DNA of 64,000 nucleotides from Octopus sinensis. Its lineage: Eukaryota. Of the stretch, positions 1 to 11,697 are shown piece after piece. Every line of letters starts with the position of its first letter. Position 1 is the first letter of the stretch. Position numbers and translations under genes: made by a program. The DNA lies in the NCBI RefSeq assembly GCF_006345805.1, contig NC_043021.1, positions 25,916,001 to 25,980,000 of the forward strand, in the 5' to 3' direction. The notes below the pieces were generated by a model that saw only the letters and a program-made list of their open reading frames with translations, did not search any database and was not told where the DNA came from.

Positions 1-1395
1 GCCCTCATAGCAGAATCATTACCGGAACTAGAAAAGAAATTTTGGGTGTGGAAGCTAGGTTTAGAATCAAAGGGCCTTAGAGTAAATGTAGCAAAGACCA
101 AAGTTATAGTAAGCAGAAAGGCGAACTCATCATACACCCTCAGGTAGGTGGCCCTGCTCGATCTATAGAAAAGGTGTAGGTAGAAACTCCATAAGATGTA
201 CCCAGTGTAAGCTATGGACGCATAAGAGGTGCAGCAACATCAAAGGAAAATTAACTGAGAAAATAGCTTTCATGTGCGGCAGATGCACAGGAAGCAATAG
301 ACACCACAGATACACAGAAAACAGATTCCATCCCACTCCAGGGGAAGAAACTAGAAGTAGTTGATAGTTTCCGCTACCTGGGTGACCAAGTTAGTAGTGG
401 AGGTGGATGCTCAGAGAGTGTCACCACTAGAATATGAATAGCCTGGGCAAAGTTTAGAAAGCTCCTACCCCTACTGGCGACAAAGGGTCTCTCACTCAGA
501 GTGAAAGGTAGATTGTATGATGCATGTGTGCGAACTGCCATGCTTCACAGTAGTGAAACATGGGCTGTGACTGCAGAGGACATGCGCAAACTTGAAAGAA
601 ATGAAGCTAACATGATCCGCTGGATGTGTAATATCAGTCTGCACACATGACAGAGTGTAAGCGCCCCAAGAGAAATGCTGGACATAAGAAGCATCAGATG
701 TGGTGTGCAAGATAGACGTTTGCGGTGGTAGGGTTATATACTGCAGATGGATGAGGAGAGATGTGTGAAGAAGTGCCACTCCCAAACAGCTGAAGGTATC
801 AGGGGGAGAGGTAGACCCAGGAAGACATGGGATGAGGTAGTCAGGCATGACCTTTGAATGTTGGGCCTCACAGAGGCAATGATGAAAGACAGAGATCTCT
901 GGAGATATGCTGTGACTGCAAAGACCCGGGCTGCTTCCTGCACCAGTTTCGCATAGCCCCAGCCCATTCAAAGTACCTTGGATTGCAGAACGACCTGCTG
1001 TGCTTATCTTGGATCATAGGGTGACCTGCTGTGCTTGAGGAGACCTATTGAGTCAAGTACATCAATATCAAATGGAAATAGTAGTTGTGATACATGTGCC
1101 GGTGTCACGTAAAAAGCACCATCCAAACATGGCTGATGCCAGCGCTGCCTTGACTGGCTTCTGTGCCGGTGGAACGTAAAAAGCACCAACTGATCGTGGC
1201 CGCTGCCAGCCTCCCCTGGCACATAAAGAGCACCCACTACACTCATGGAGTGGTTGGCGTTAGGAAGGGCATCCAGCTGTAGAAACACTGCCAGATCAGA
1301 CTGGAGCCTGGTGCAGCCATCTGGTTCACCAGCCCTCAGTTCAAGTTGTCCAACCCATGCTAGCATGGAAAGCGGACATTAAATGATGATGATGA
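1..1395 (+). mobile_element. RTE-clade non-LTR retrotransposon, 3' part (post-RT region, PHD-like finger, 3'UTR, (GAT)n tail), degenerate
   Basis: Reading includes [51 protein letters not shown] and GRGRPRKTWDEVV, typical RTE C-terminal motifs, with stops and frameshifts. Ends in aaatgatgatgatgat. Confidence 0.9.
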
Positions 1396-1584
1396 TATAC
1401 ATATATATACACACATACATATATACATATATATATATATACACACATATATATATACATATACATATATACACATATATATATAATATATATATACACA
1501 TATATATATAATATATATATACACATATATATATAATATATATATACACATATATATATAATATATATATACACATATATATAT

Positions 1585-1618
<34 letters not shown>

Positions 1619-2006
1619 CATACATATATATACACACACATATATATATATATACATATATATACATATACACACATATATATACACATATATATATACA
1701 CATATATATACACATCAACATACACACATATATATACACACACATACACACATATATATATACACACATATATATACACACATACATATATATATACACA
1801 CATATATATATATACACACATATATATATACACACATATATATATACACACATACATATATATATATATATATACACACACATACATATATATATGTATA
1901 TATATATGTATATATATATATGTGTATATATATGTGTATATATATATGTATGTATATATATGCATGTATATATATGTGTATATATATATGTATGTATATA
2001 TATGTG

Positions 2007-2046
<40 letters not shown>

Positions 2047-2087
2047 TATATATATATTGTATATATATATGTATGTATATATATGTG

Positions 2088-2127
<40 letters not shown>

Positions 2128-2150
2128 TATATACAAACATATATATCTAT
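1396..2150. repeat. Compound AT-rich microsatellite (TA/CA half, then TA/TG half)
   Basis: Directly visible (TA)n, (TATACA)n and (TATG)n runs; source of the many YI-rich spurious ORFs. Confidence 0.95.
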
Positions 2151-2170
2151 CATCATCATCATCATCATCA

Positions 2171-2760
2171 TGAAGTAGTTGATAGCTTCCGTTACCTAGG
2201 TGACCAAGTCAGTAGTCGTGGTGGGTGTGCTGAAAGTGTAACTGCTAGAGTAAGAATAGCCTGGGCAAAGTTCAGGTATCTCCTACCTCTGCTGGTGACA
2301 AAAGGCCTCTCGCTCAGAGTAAAAGGCAGACTGTATGACGCATGCGTACGAACAGCCATGCTACATGGCAGTGAAACATGGGCCGTGACTGCTGAGGACA
2401 TGCGTAAGCTCGCAAGGAATGAAGCCAGTATGCTCCGATGGATGTGTAATGTCAGTGTTCATACTCGACAGAGTGTAAGTATCTTGAGAGAAATGTTGGA
2501 CCTAAGAAGCATCAGCTGTGGTGTGCAAGAGAGATGATTGTGCTGGTATAGTCATGTGACGAGAATGGATGAAGATAGGTGTGTGAAAAAGTGCCAATCC
2601 CTAGCGGTTGAGGGAACCTGTGGAAGAGGTAGACCCAGGAAAACCTGGGACAAGGTGGTGAAGCATGACCTTTGAACATTAGGCCTCACCGAGGCAATGA
2701 CTAGTGACCAAGACCTTTGGAAGTATGCTGTGCATGAGAAGAGCCCGCAGGACAAGTGAG
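2171..2760 (+). mobile_element. RTE LINE fragment, 5'-truncated, same family as 1-1395
   Basis: [80 protein letters not shown]; collinear with about 355-930. Confidence 0.9.
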
Positions 2761-2774
2761 TCCATCCCGTGTCC

Positions 2775-3030
2775 CTTGTATGTATGTTATGTATATGTAT
2801 GTATATAGTACATATACATATATATACATACATATACACATACATATATACACATACATACATATACACACTTACATACATACATACATATACACATACA
2901 TACATACATATACACATACATACATACATATACACATACATACACACATACACACATACATACATACACACATACATACATACACACATACATACATACA
3001 TACATACTACATACATACATATATATATAT
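2775..3030. repeat. (TACA)n/(TA)n microsatellite
   Basis: Directly visible tandem runs. Confidence 0.9.
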
Positions 3031-4647
3031 AGGGAGAGTTTACGAAAAAAACAAAAGACAAAGACAGGTGGTGTACAAAACAAACAGATGTATTAGTATA
3101 ACACTCAGGAATAGAAAAAGTCTTTTACGTTTCGAGCCTATGCTCTTCTACAGAAAGGGACAGAGAAAAAACAAGGAGAGAAAAAAATGTGTGTAGTGGT
3201 AAATGATCTATCATGGCACTAACTCGGACAGAAGGGTCACACAAAAGGGCAAAGAAGTAGGGGAGATAACGAAGTAAAGATGACCCCCCCCCAACACAAA
3301 GGTGCGTGCATGTACAAGAGAGTATGCATGTGAGTGTGAAAGAGGGCTGGTGGTCTGGACGTGTGTGTGTATGTGAGTGTAGGTGTGAAAATGTGGGTGT
3401 GGGGGTGTGGGGGGGGTGTTGTGATGTGATGTGTAATGTTGTATGGTGTAGTGTGGTGTGGTGTGATGTTGTTAGGAGGTGAGGGAGGCGAGAGTGAGGA
3501 AAGCATGGGTGGGGGTTCGGCTAAGGATTAGAGTAGAGTTGGAGTTTGCGGGTAGGCAGAGGGTGGGGGTAGAGGTGCAGTATGTGGGAGAGGGTGTGTG
3601 GGATAGGATGCGGAGTGGGAAGGTGGAGTAGGAATGTGTAGGGGTGGGTGGGCTTATGGGGGGAGGGGAAGGTGGGTATGTGAGGAGAGAGGAGGAGAGA
3701 AGAGAGAAAGAGAGTAAGAGAGAAGAGAGAAAGAGAATAAGAGGGAATGGGAGAGAGAGGAAGGGGGGTGAAAGAGTAAGAGAGAAGAGAGAAAGAAAGA
3801 GAGAAGAAAGAAAGGGGAGAGAAAGAGAGTAAGAGACAAGAGGGAAAGAGAGTGGGGTGAAGAGAAGTAGGAGTCGGGGCAAGAGAGGAGAGTTGGGTGG
3901 GAGGAAGTAGGAGGGAGGGGAGAGAAGGAGAGTGAGGGAGCAGAGAGAAAGAGAGAAGAGAGTAAGAGAGAAGAGGGAAAGATTGTAGGGGTAAAGAAAA
4001 GTAGGAGTCGGGGAGGAGCTTAGATGAAGAGAGGAGGCGAGTTGAGCCCAAATGGCGTAAAAGAGCGAAGAGAGAAGATTAATGCCTGTTCACGGTGCAC
4101 GGTTCACGGAAGGCCTCTGTGCGAGGACACAGACAGGTGTTGCAAGGAGTGGAGCGGAAACGGCGTGAGACCGGGGTGTCATTACCGAGGCAGATGTCTC
4201 GGAGGTGTTCCGCGAACCGGTCAGCCAAGCGGCGTCCCGTTTGTCCAATGTACAGGGAATGGCAGAGAGAGCAGGAGATGCAATAGATGATATTGCTGGA
4301 GGTGCAGGTGAAGGAGTCGATGATGCGATAGGGTCGATGATGGGTGCCAGTGAGGAGGGTGGTGTTGAAGAGGTATGGGCAAGTGCGGTAGCGTGGGCAG
4401 GAGCAGGGGAATGAGCCAGGTTGGGAGGTAGGTTGGGAAGACGCTGTGGACCAGGAGGTCTCGTAGGTTGTGGGCTCGTTTGAAGGAGGGAAGGGGTCAG
4501 TTAGGGAAGATGTGTGAAGTGAACGGGTCGGACTGGAGATGCCGGAAAGCTCAGAGAATGGTGCGTTGGACAGGTAGGGTGGTGGGGTGGTAGGTGAGGA
4601 GAAAATGGAAGTGGGAGACTGCAGGACAGGTTCGGTGGGAGAGAGCA
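3030..4647 (-). mobile_element. Penelope-like element (PLE) 3' part: RT-EN linker, GIY-YIG endonuclease and pLTR/tail, degenerate
   Basis: Manual minus-strand translation gives LTYHPTTLPVQRTIL*AFRHLQSDPFTSHIFPN*PLPSFKRAHNLRDLLVHS, then IDSFTCTSSNIIYCISCSLCHSLYIGQTGRRLADRFAEHLRDI, and after a frameshift HREQALIFSLRSFTPFGLNSPPLFI*. These are classic PLE GIY-YIG motifs. A CT-rich tail and a hammerhead-like motif follow. Confidence 0.88.
3122..3157 (-). ncRNA. Minimal type I hammerhead-like motif in PLE tail (core variant CUGUAGA)
   Basis: Minus strand CTTT-CTGTAGA-A-GAGC-ATAG-GCTC-GAAACGTA-AAAG: 4-bp stem I, 4-bp stem II, ACGT palindromic stem III, GUA site; A6 replaced by U. Confidence 0.6.
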
Positions 4648-4757
4648 GATGCTTATTTTGATTATAATCACCCCATGGATTTATATGGATGACACCATAA
4701 AAATTCTGGTGCCTCTGACTTAAGTACCATATTCATTTGAATCTAAATTTTGCTGAG

Positions 4758-4762
<5 letters not shown>

Positions 4763-4801
<39 letters not shown>

Positions 4802-5239
4802 TGTATATATATATACATATATATACATGTATACATATATATACATGTATACATATATATATATATACATGTATACATATATATATATATACATGTATAC
4901 ATATATATATATATACATGTATACATATATATATATATATACATGTATACATATATATATACATGTATACATATATATATACAGTATACATATATATATA
5001 TACATGTATACATATATATATATAACATGTATACATATATTATATATACATGTATATATATATATATATATACATGTATACATATATATATATAATTATA
5101 CATGTATATAATATGTATACATGTATATATATGTATACAGGTATATATATATGTATACCATGTATATATATATATATACATGTATTATATATATATACAT
5201 GTATATATATATATATAATATATACATGTATATATATAT

Positions 5240-5277
<38 letters not shown>

Positions 5278-5477
5278 ATATATATATATACAGTATATAT
5301 ATATATAATGTATATATATCTATATACATGTATATATATATATACATGTATATATATATATATATATACATGTATATATATATATATACATGTATATATA
5401 TATATATATATATACATGTATATATGTATATGTACACACATACACACATGTATATATATAGACATGTATATATATAT

Positions 5478-5509
<32 letters not shown>

Positions 5510-5600
5510 ATCTATATACATGTATATATTTATATACACACATACACATGTATATATGTATATGTACACACATACACACATGTATATATATATATATATA
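4763..5600. repeat. Long (TA)n microsatellite punctuated by ACATGT
   Basis: Repeated TATATACATGTATA units directly visible. Confidence 0.95.
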
Positions 5601-6075
5601 AGGCATTTATGACATGTTTATCGTTTTTCTATGAAGTGGCTGGAGACATGTTCCCCTATTGTGGAAGTAGTATCAGAGTTGGTGGGCATAGATGGAACAG
5701 CCAGCACAGGATGCTCTCCAGCGTTCAATCCTCAGAAGAGGAGACAAGCATAAAATAGCCAAATCTGCTCTTTTCAGTTCAGCTCCTGTGCCTATCCTAA
5801 CTTGTGGTGGTCATGAATATTGTATTATGACCAAAAGACTGAGGCTTCCTTGGAAGGGTGTCTGGAATACTGTTACTCAACATCACATGTAGCTCAAAGA
5901 CCAGGGAATCTCTTGAGAGCCACTACTTCACTGCGTTTAAAGGTCACAGCTCCAATACTAGAAGCATGATTAGAATATTACAGGAAACTATTGCCAGACA
6001 GATTCTTGAAGCCAAGTCAACCGGCAGGAGATGTAAGGGTGGATCAAGAAAGAGATGAGTGGATGATACCTTTAC
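5600..6075 (+). mobile_element. Old RTE-like LINE 3' remnant
   Basis: AKSALFSSAPVPILT.GHEYCIMTKRLR and QETIARQILEAKSTGRRCKGGSRKR resemble RTE C-terminal motifs. Confidence 0.6.
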
Positions 6076-6318
6076 TCGCAATTGGCAACACTTGGGAATC
6101 AAGCCAGAAATTTGTAATGATGGTTGCTCTATTTCTCTTTTATTTTTTCCTCCTCTTTTTCTCATCCATTAAACATGTTGATTAATTCATTACCATGTAT
6201 AATTACTTCAAGATAGCATTCCCTATTCATTCTCTCAGCTTTGACTGAGATGAGAGGGTCGACACACATTCCTCTGCCAATTGTGTGAAAAAACCTAAAT
6301 GTTAAATTTTACTCTTAA

Positions 6319-6400
6319 TTCACCTGAAGAAAAGATTTTTTTATATGATGTAATGGATTTGTTCACCAATAAAGAACATGTTTGAAACAGCTGTAGTGAA
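6319..6400 (+). ncRNA. Minimal type I hammerhead ribozyme motif with intact core
   Basis: TTCAC (6319-23), CTGAAGA (6324-30), AAAGAT...ATGTTT (stem II, 5 of 6 pairs), GAAA (6384-87), palindrome ACAGCTGT, GUA site at 6395, GTGAA (perfect 5-bp stem I). Confidence 0.7.
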
Positions 6401-6690
6401 CAACAGCTCAACTGTGTTGTTATATGTATTATACAGTAATACCTCAGTTTCTGAACAACTCTGATCACAAATAAATTGTGCTTTATCTCCTGTCTTGCTC
6501 ATATTCATTTAATTCAGTACCACTTCGGTTCACGAATAAATCGTGCTTTATATATATGTATGTATCTTTCTTGGGACAGCATTCACCCAGGGTGGGTTGA
6601 ACTGGCTTCATTCATCCTCAATGTATGTAAATATATAAAGCATGATTTATTTGTGATCAGAGTTGTTCGAAAACCAAGGCACTACTGTAT

Positions 6691-6900
6691 ATTCTTTTAC
6701 TTGTTTCAGTCATTTGACTGTGACCATGCTGGAGCACTGCCTTTAGTCGAACAAATCGACCCCAGGACTTATTCTTTGCAAGCCTAGTACTTATTCTATC
6801 AGTCTGTTTTGTTGAACCGCTAAGTTACAGGGATGTAAACACACCAGCAATATTTGTCAAGTGATGGTGGGGGCACAAACACAGACACACAAGCATACAC
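6691..6900 (-). mobile_element. SINE family A (tRNA/CORE-like), 3' half
   Basis: Reverse complement of the 3' half of the full copy at 11698-12116. Confidence 0.85.
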
Positions 6901-7407
6901 AAACACACACATACATAGATTTACATACATGTGTGTGTGTGTGTGTGTGAATGCACGTGCATATCATACACACACATTATATATATCATATATTAAAAAA
7001 TGTATTTCCTGCCAAAACAGACAATAGGCCCCAATGCTGGTCTTAGGCCCATCAGACACTGTCAGTGTCCAACCCATATTAGCACTGATTATGGACATTA
7101 AACGATATTTAAATGACGCATGCATACATATCAATCAAAGAGTACAATATTATATATCCATCACGGCCAGTCTTACAAATCAGTTTCATACTACCAATTG
7201 GTTGTGTTCAATGGAGTGTTAGCTAACAGACTAATTATGAAACCTTGCTCTCTTCAGAGGTAACAGTTATGGAATGAAATATGACAATTGCTCTCTATTG
7301 TTGGAGATGAATAGACACAGATATATACACATACATAATTACATATACATATAAATATATTAATATTTCGCTTAGACATAGTGAGACTAATAACCTGGGC
7401 ATATGTG

Positions 7408-7443
<36 letters not shown>

Positions 7444-7481
7444 CATGCATGCCTGTATATATGTGTATGTCTCACTCTCTT

Positions 7482-7515
<34 letters not shown>

Positions 7516-7704
7516 CAAATGAGTGCATGCACCCACCCATATGTCTCCCTTTTAATCTCTTCCCTAAGTACATGCGTATATGTGCAGACTTTCTTCTACC
7601 TTGGGATAAAACTTCCCATAAACATCAACATAAACTTTGTCACTCGTAATACCTGTATGCTCACTAAATGTAACTTTCCCAAATAAAGTACAGTTCATAT
7701 TCAG

Positions 7705-7785
7705 GGCTCTGATAAAGCTATAGAATGCTATCCCGGCACTCAGTTAAGAGTCCACCACATCTAATAGCAGAAACAGCTGTAAGCC
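7705..7785 (+). ncRNA. Hammerhead-like motif with G8-to-A core change (probably inactive)
   Basis: GGCT-CTGATAA-AGCTATAG...CTAATAGCA-GAAACAGCTGTA-AGCC: 4-bp stem I and the same ACAGCTGT palindrome as the 6319 copy. Confidence 0.6.
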
Positions 7786-7863
7786 ACTGAAGTTCATTAC
7801 ATAATATTTGCTTTTACCAGTGTCATCTCTTCATTTCCTATTACTACTCTATACTATATATAT

Positions 7864-7894
<31 letters not shown>

Positions 7895-8230
7895 TATGAT
7901 ATACAAAAATATATGTGTTTAAATATCATGATGTAAATGTAACACTGAAACATATTTTACGTATGTTGAGTAGAGAGGTGTGATAAGTTTATTCCAGCAA
8001 AAGTTGACAGTTTGCTCTCAGTTTAGTCCCTGGTTGGGTTTTTGAACACACACACACACATATATGTCTACGTACACATGATGAAACATAATATACATAT
8101 ATACGTACATAAATATTTGAAATATATATTGTATGTGATATATATATATATATATTATATATATATATTATATATATATATATATATGATATGACATATA
8201 TATTGTCTGTGATACATATATCATATACAT

Positions 8231-8262
<32 letters not shown>

Positions 8263-8764
8263 ATATATATTTCTATATGTATACTTATATGTAAATATAC
8301 ACACAAAACACACACACACAGAGGTATATATATGTAACCATATATGTAAACACACACACACACACACACACATACAAGCGTGTGTTATTATCTCTGTTGC
8401 TTTACTGTTAGTTTTAAATAAGTCAATTCGTCGCTATTGTACGTTTTGTATTTAACCAAAATACGAAATATCACGAAATGTTACTCAGGAAATATTAGAA
8501 TTTTAAAAGCTTTACCTTCCGTTTAATGAAGAAATAAAACTACATACATATGCCGCTACATACCCACCTCATACATACATACATACACACACACATGTAT
8601 ATATCAGCGTGTTTATATGTTTCAACTAATGACAGGTTCGTGTTAGACTATTCACCTTTGTAATGGGTGTAGGAACGACGAAGGAACACAGCTCGCAAAT
8701 GGATATTTTGACATGAAAATAATCGAAAAATGGTCAGTTTAGAAGAATAAAGAAATAAGGATAC

Positions 8765-8854
8765 CTGTCGGTTTGTGTAGAGTGGCGGGACAACATCAGC
8801 TTTCGACAGCCTGTACGTGTCAGAGGAGTAGCCGAAGACATCCGTGAAAGTCTG
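8765..8854 (-). CDS. Candidate 90-nt phase-0 coding exon of an unidentified gene (QTFTDVFGYSSDTYRLSKADVVPPLYTNRQ)
   Basis: Non-repetitive, GC-richer island; tandem acceptor TAG/CAG, donor CAG|gtatcc, open phase-0 frame of 30 codons. No homolog recognised. Confidence 0.45.
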
Positions 8855-8919
8855 CTAGCAACAGATATTATATGGTGAACAAAAGAGCTGTGTGTGTGTG
8901 TGTTGGAATATAGGTAGAG

Positions 8920-9170
8920 AGAGAGAGAGAAAGATAAATAGATAGATAGACAAACAACAGACAAACAGCTACCTATACATCTGTCTATTTATCGACCTGT
9001 CTATCCATCTGGCTATCTAACTTGACAGATAGATAGATAGATAGATAGATAGAGAGAGAGATAGACAGAGATAGGTAGAGATAGATAGATAGATTAACAG
9101 TTATAGGCAGATAGATAGACAGACAGGCAGGCAGACGGACAGACAGATAGACAGGTAGTTAGATGTAAAG
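8920..9170. repeat. (GATA)n/(GACA)n compound microsatellite
   Basis: Directly visible. Confidence 0.9.
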
Positions 9171-10092
9171 GTAAAGTAATCGGTAATTAAAGAGAAACAG
9201 GTAGGTCGACAGATATGATTGATAGACGGAGCCTAAAAACAGCGAAAAATGGAGATATTGTGGCTTACAAAATGGAACTAAGTGTATCTAGGTTGATGTT
9301 GTCTCGAATGGATTCTAGCAATGGCCATTGAACCTTACAATTAATGTTTGTCTCTGTGTGAGTGCGTGTGTGTGTATTTATGTCTGTCAACGAGAACAGC
9401 TTACATAAGTGGTTAAGAGATACAGTCTCTGTTAATCGTGTCGACTTATGATCAAAGGCTTTCCAGCCACGACCACCTGTCTTTTGTGTGCGTTTTTAGC
9501 ACATCCTGCGGCTACATTATCAAATGTATTGCTTCTTTGTTCGTGGTGGTCGTGTCTGATTATAGGGAGATTTGACTGCTATTTCTAGCCGCTTTCGTTA
9601 GCTTGTAGAGGGCGTCTGTGAGTGTGGATGTCTTCATAAGCTTTACAGAGCTGACATGTGTGTGTGTGTTTATGTGTGGCTAAGCTTGGACGGATATTAA
9701 TGACATATATATATATATACTGCCGTGTGTGTATATTAAGCGTATGGAATCTAGTTTGAGCACGTGTGTGAGTGTGTGTGCATGTTTAGGAATGTTACAG
9801 TTCTTTGTGTTGTGTTCGTTGAGTGAAATGCTGTATGGCGAGGTGGGTGTGTGTGTGAGACAGACAGATACAAATATGTCTGTATATAAACGTGTGAGGG
9901 GGGAAGGAAAGAGCTTGAGAGACAAAGAGACTTGAGTAGATATATATATATATATGTGTATGTGTGTGTGTATTTAGTTATCGATTACGTATGACAGGTT
10001 GTTTTTTCTTTTCTTTTTGCTGTGATTGAATCTGTTGTTTGTGATAAGAGAATAAATATATTATGGAAGCAGCTTGTTTTTAAAAGCCTCAC

Positions 10093-10420
10093 CATTCGCT
10101 TCTAACCGTTGTTGCTGCTAATAACATTATTATTGTTATTATTATTATTTTTATTACTACTACTACTACTGCTAGTACTAGTGCGGAGGCGTTTAGAGAT
10201 TCTAGCTGTGCAGGTACTCATGATGTCGGCGGTTGCTGGTGTGAACACTGTAACAATAATAACAACAACAACGGCCAATGTAGGCGGTATGTTTCGTAAC
10301 GAAGGAAGATTGGAGTAGAATTCTAGAGGCTGTGCAGGAGAGATGGCGGTTTGGGGTTTGTAGTTAGTGAGAAGAGGCGACGGCGGTGGCGAAGGTGAAG
10401 TCTTTGACAAGGGGCACCAG
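10093..10420 (-). other. Candidate first exon / promoter-proximal region of a second minus-strand gene
   Basis: CpG-enriched unique sequence with a YY1-like AGATGGCGG (10341, plus strand). Holds a 39-codon ATG ORF (10221-10102, Ser/Asn-rich), then an in-frame ATG at 10095-10093 directly followed by donor gtgagg. Confidence 0.4.
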
Positions 10421-10978
10421 CTGGAACAAACAATTAATTGGTCATTAGCAATTTAGGAGAAACACTATCTTCCGCCTTGTTTTATAGAAACACTGAAATG
10501 ATATTGTCTTTTCTTTTTTTTTTCCACAGACAAATGTTTTTGTGGGGGTTTCTTGTTGTTGTTTTTACCTTTTAGGTAACGAGATAATTAATGTGTACCT
10601 GTATATCTGTGTCTCTATCCCTGTCTCTCGGCGATTTCATATATATGTGTGTGTGTTTGTGAATGTGTTGCCTGTCTTTCTGCTAGCGATGGCAAATAAG
10701 GCTGTAAAACTGCTGCTACAGCCTGGCAGGTGAGAGAAAGAGAGAGACACACACAGAGAAACTATTGCAAATAAGGACAATTTATGGCAAGGCTAACAGT
10801 TTATCTACAATTTTATATATATAATAGATAGATATCATTTGTTTACAAAGGTAAACCTATTGATGCATGCTACCAACATAAGTAATAACTAATAAGTATC
10901 GATGCATGTGTGTGTGTGTCTACACGTATACATTTATGTAATGTAGTACATTATGTAATGTCAAGTTATATCATTTGT

Positions 10979-11059
10979 TCTTACGTACGTTTCACCAGTG
11001 TGACTGTTTGGATGTTCCAAGCGCAAGTAGATGCTTGACCCCCAACAGCTCATCAGAGA
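10979..11059 (-). ncRNA. Degenerate hammerhead-like motif
   Basis: Minus strand TCT-CTGATGA-G...GT-GAAACGTACGTA-AGA: intact core, 8-nt palindrome ACGTACGT, 3-bp stem I, weak stem II. Confidence 0.45.
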
Positions 11060-11338
11060 CATTAGGTCTCTGTAACATAGCTAAGCATCAAATTGCGCTG
11101 AGAACATCCAATGAAGATGTCCAAAAGCCACAATACCGAAGTATAAATAGCAACAAATGATATAAGCTTGTGTTTGTTGTAATTTCTACCAGATTTACTC
11201 TGTATGTCATAACTAGTGATATTACTAAGAATAGCAGGAACTTAACCACTGGAAGCAGACTGGAGGATGATAATCTAAGCGTAATAATTTAAGTAGAACT
11301 CTAAACTCAATAGTTGTACATCTATCTGAGCACACAAC

Positions 11339-11384
<46 letters not shown>

Positions 11385-11424
11385 GCATACATACATATAT
11401 ATGTGTGTGTGTGTGTATGTATTT

Positions 11425-11670
11425 TATTTTTTTACCTGTTTTAGTCATTTGAGTACAGCCATGCTGGAGCACTGCCTTGAAGGGTTTTTTTAAGTCAAAG
11501 AAATCAACCCCAGGACTTATTCTTCGTAAGCCTAGTACTTATTCTGTCAGTCTTTTTTGCTGAACTGCTAAGTTACAAGGACGTAAACACACCAACATCA
11601 GTTGTCAAGCAATGGTGGTGGGGGGGGGGTGCAAACACAAACACCAGACATAAATATATACATACATATA
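11425..11670 (-). mobile_element. SINE family A, 3' half, inverted relative to the adjacent full copy
   Basis: Reverse complement of about 11880-12090. Confidence 0.85.
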
Positions 11671-11697
11671 AGGAAAGGGAGATAAAATTGATAATTG

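Noticed and set aside
1341-5612. Long YI/HT/CV-rich ORFs in the track (also near 27000, 53000 and 60000)
   Set aside because: Stop-free translations of TA/CA microsatellites, not genes.
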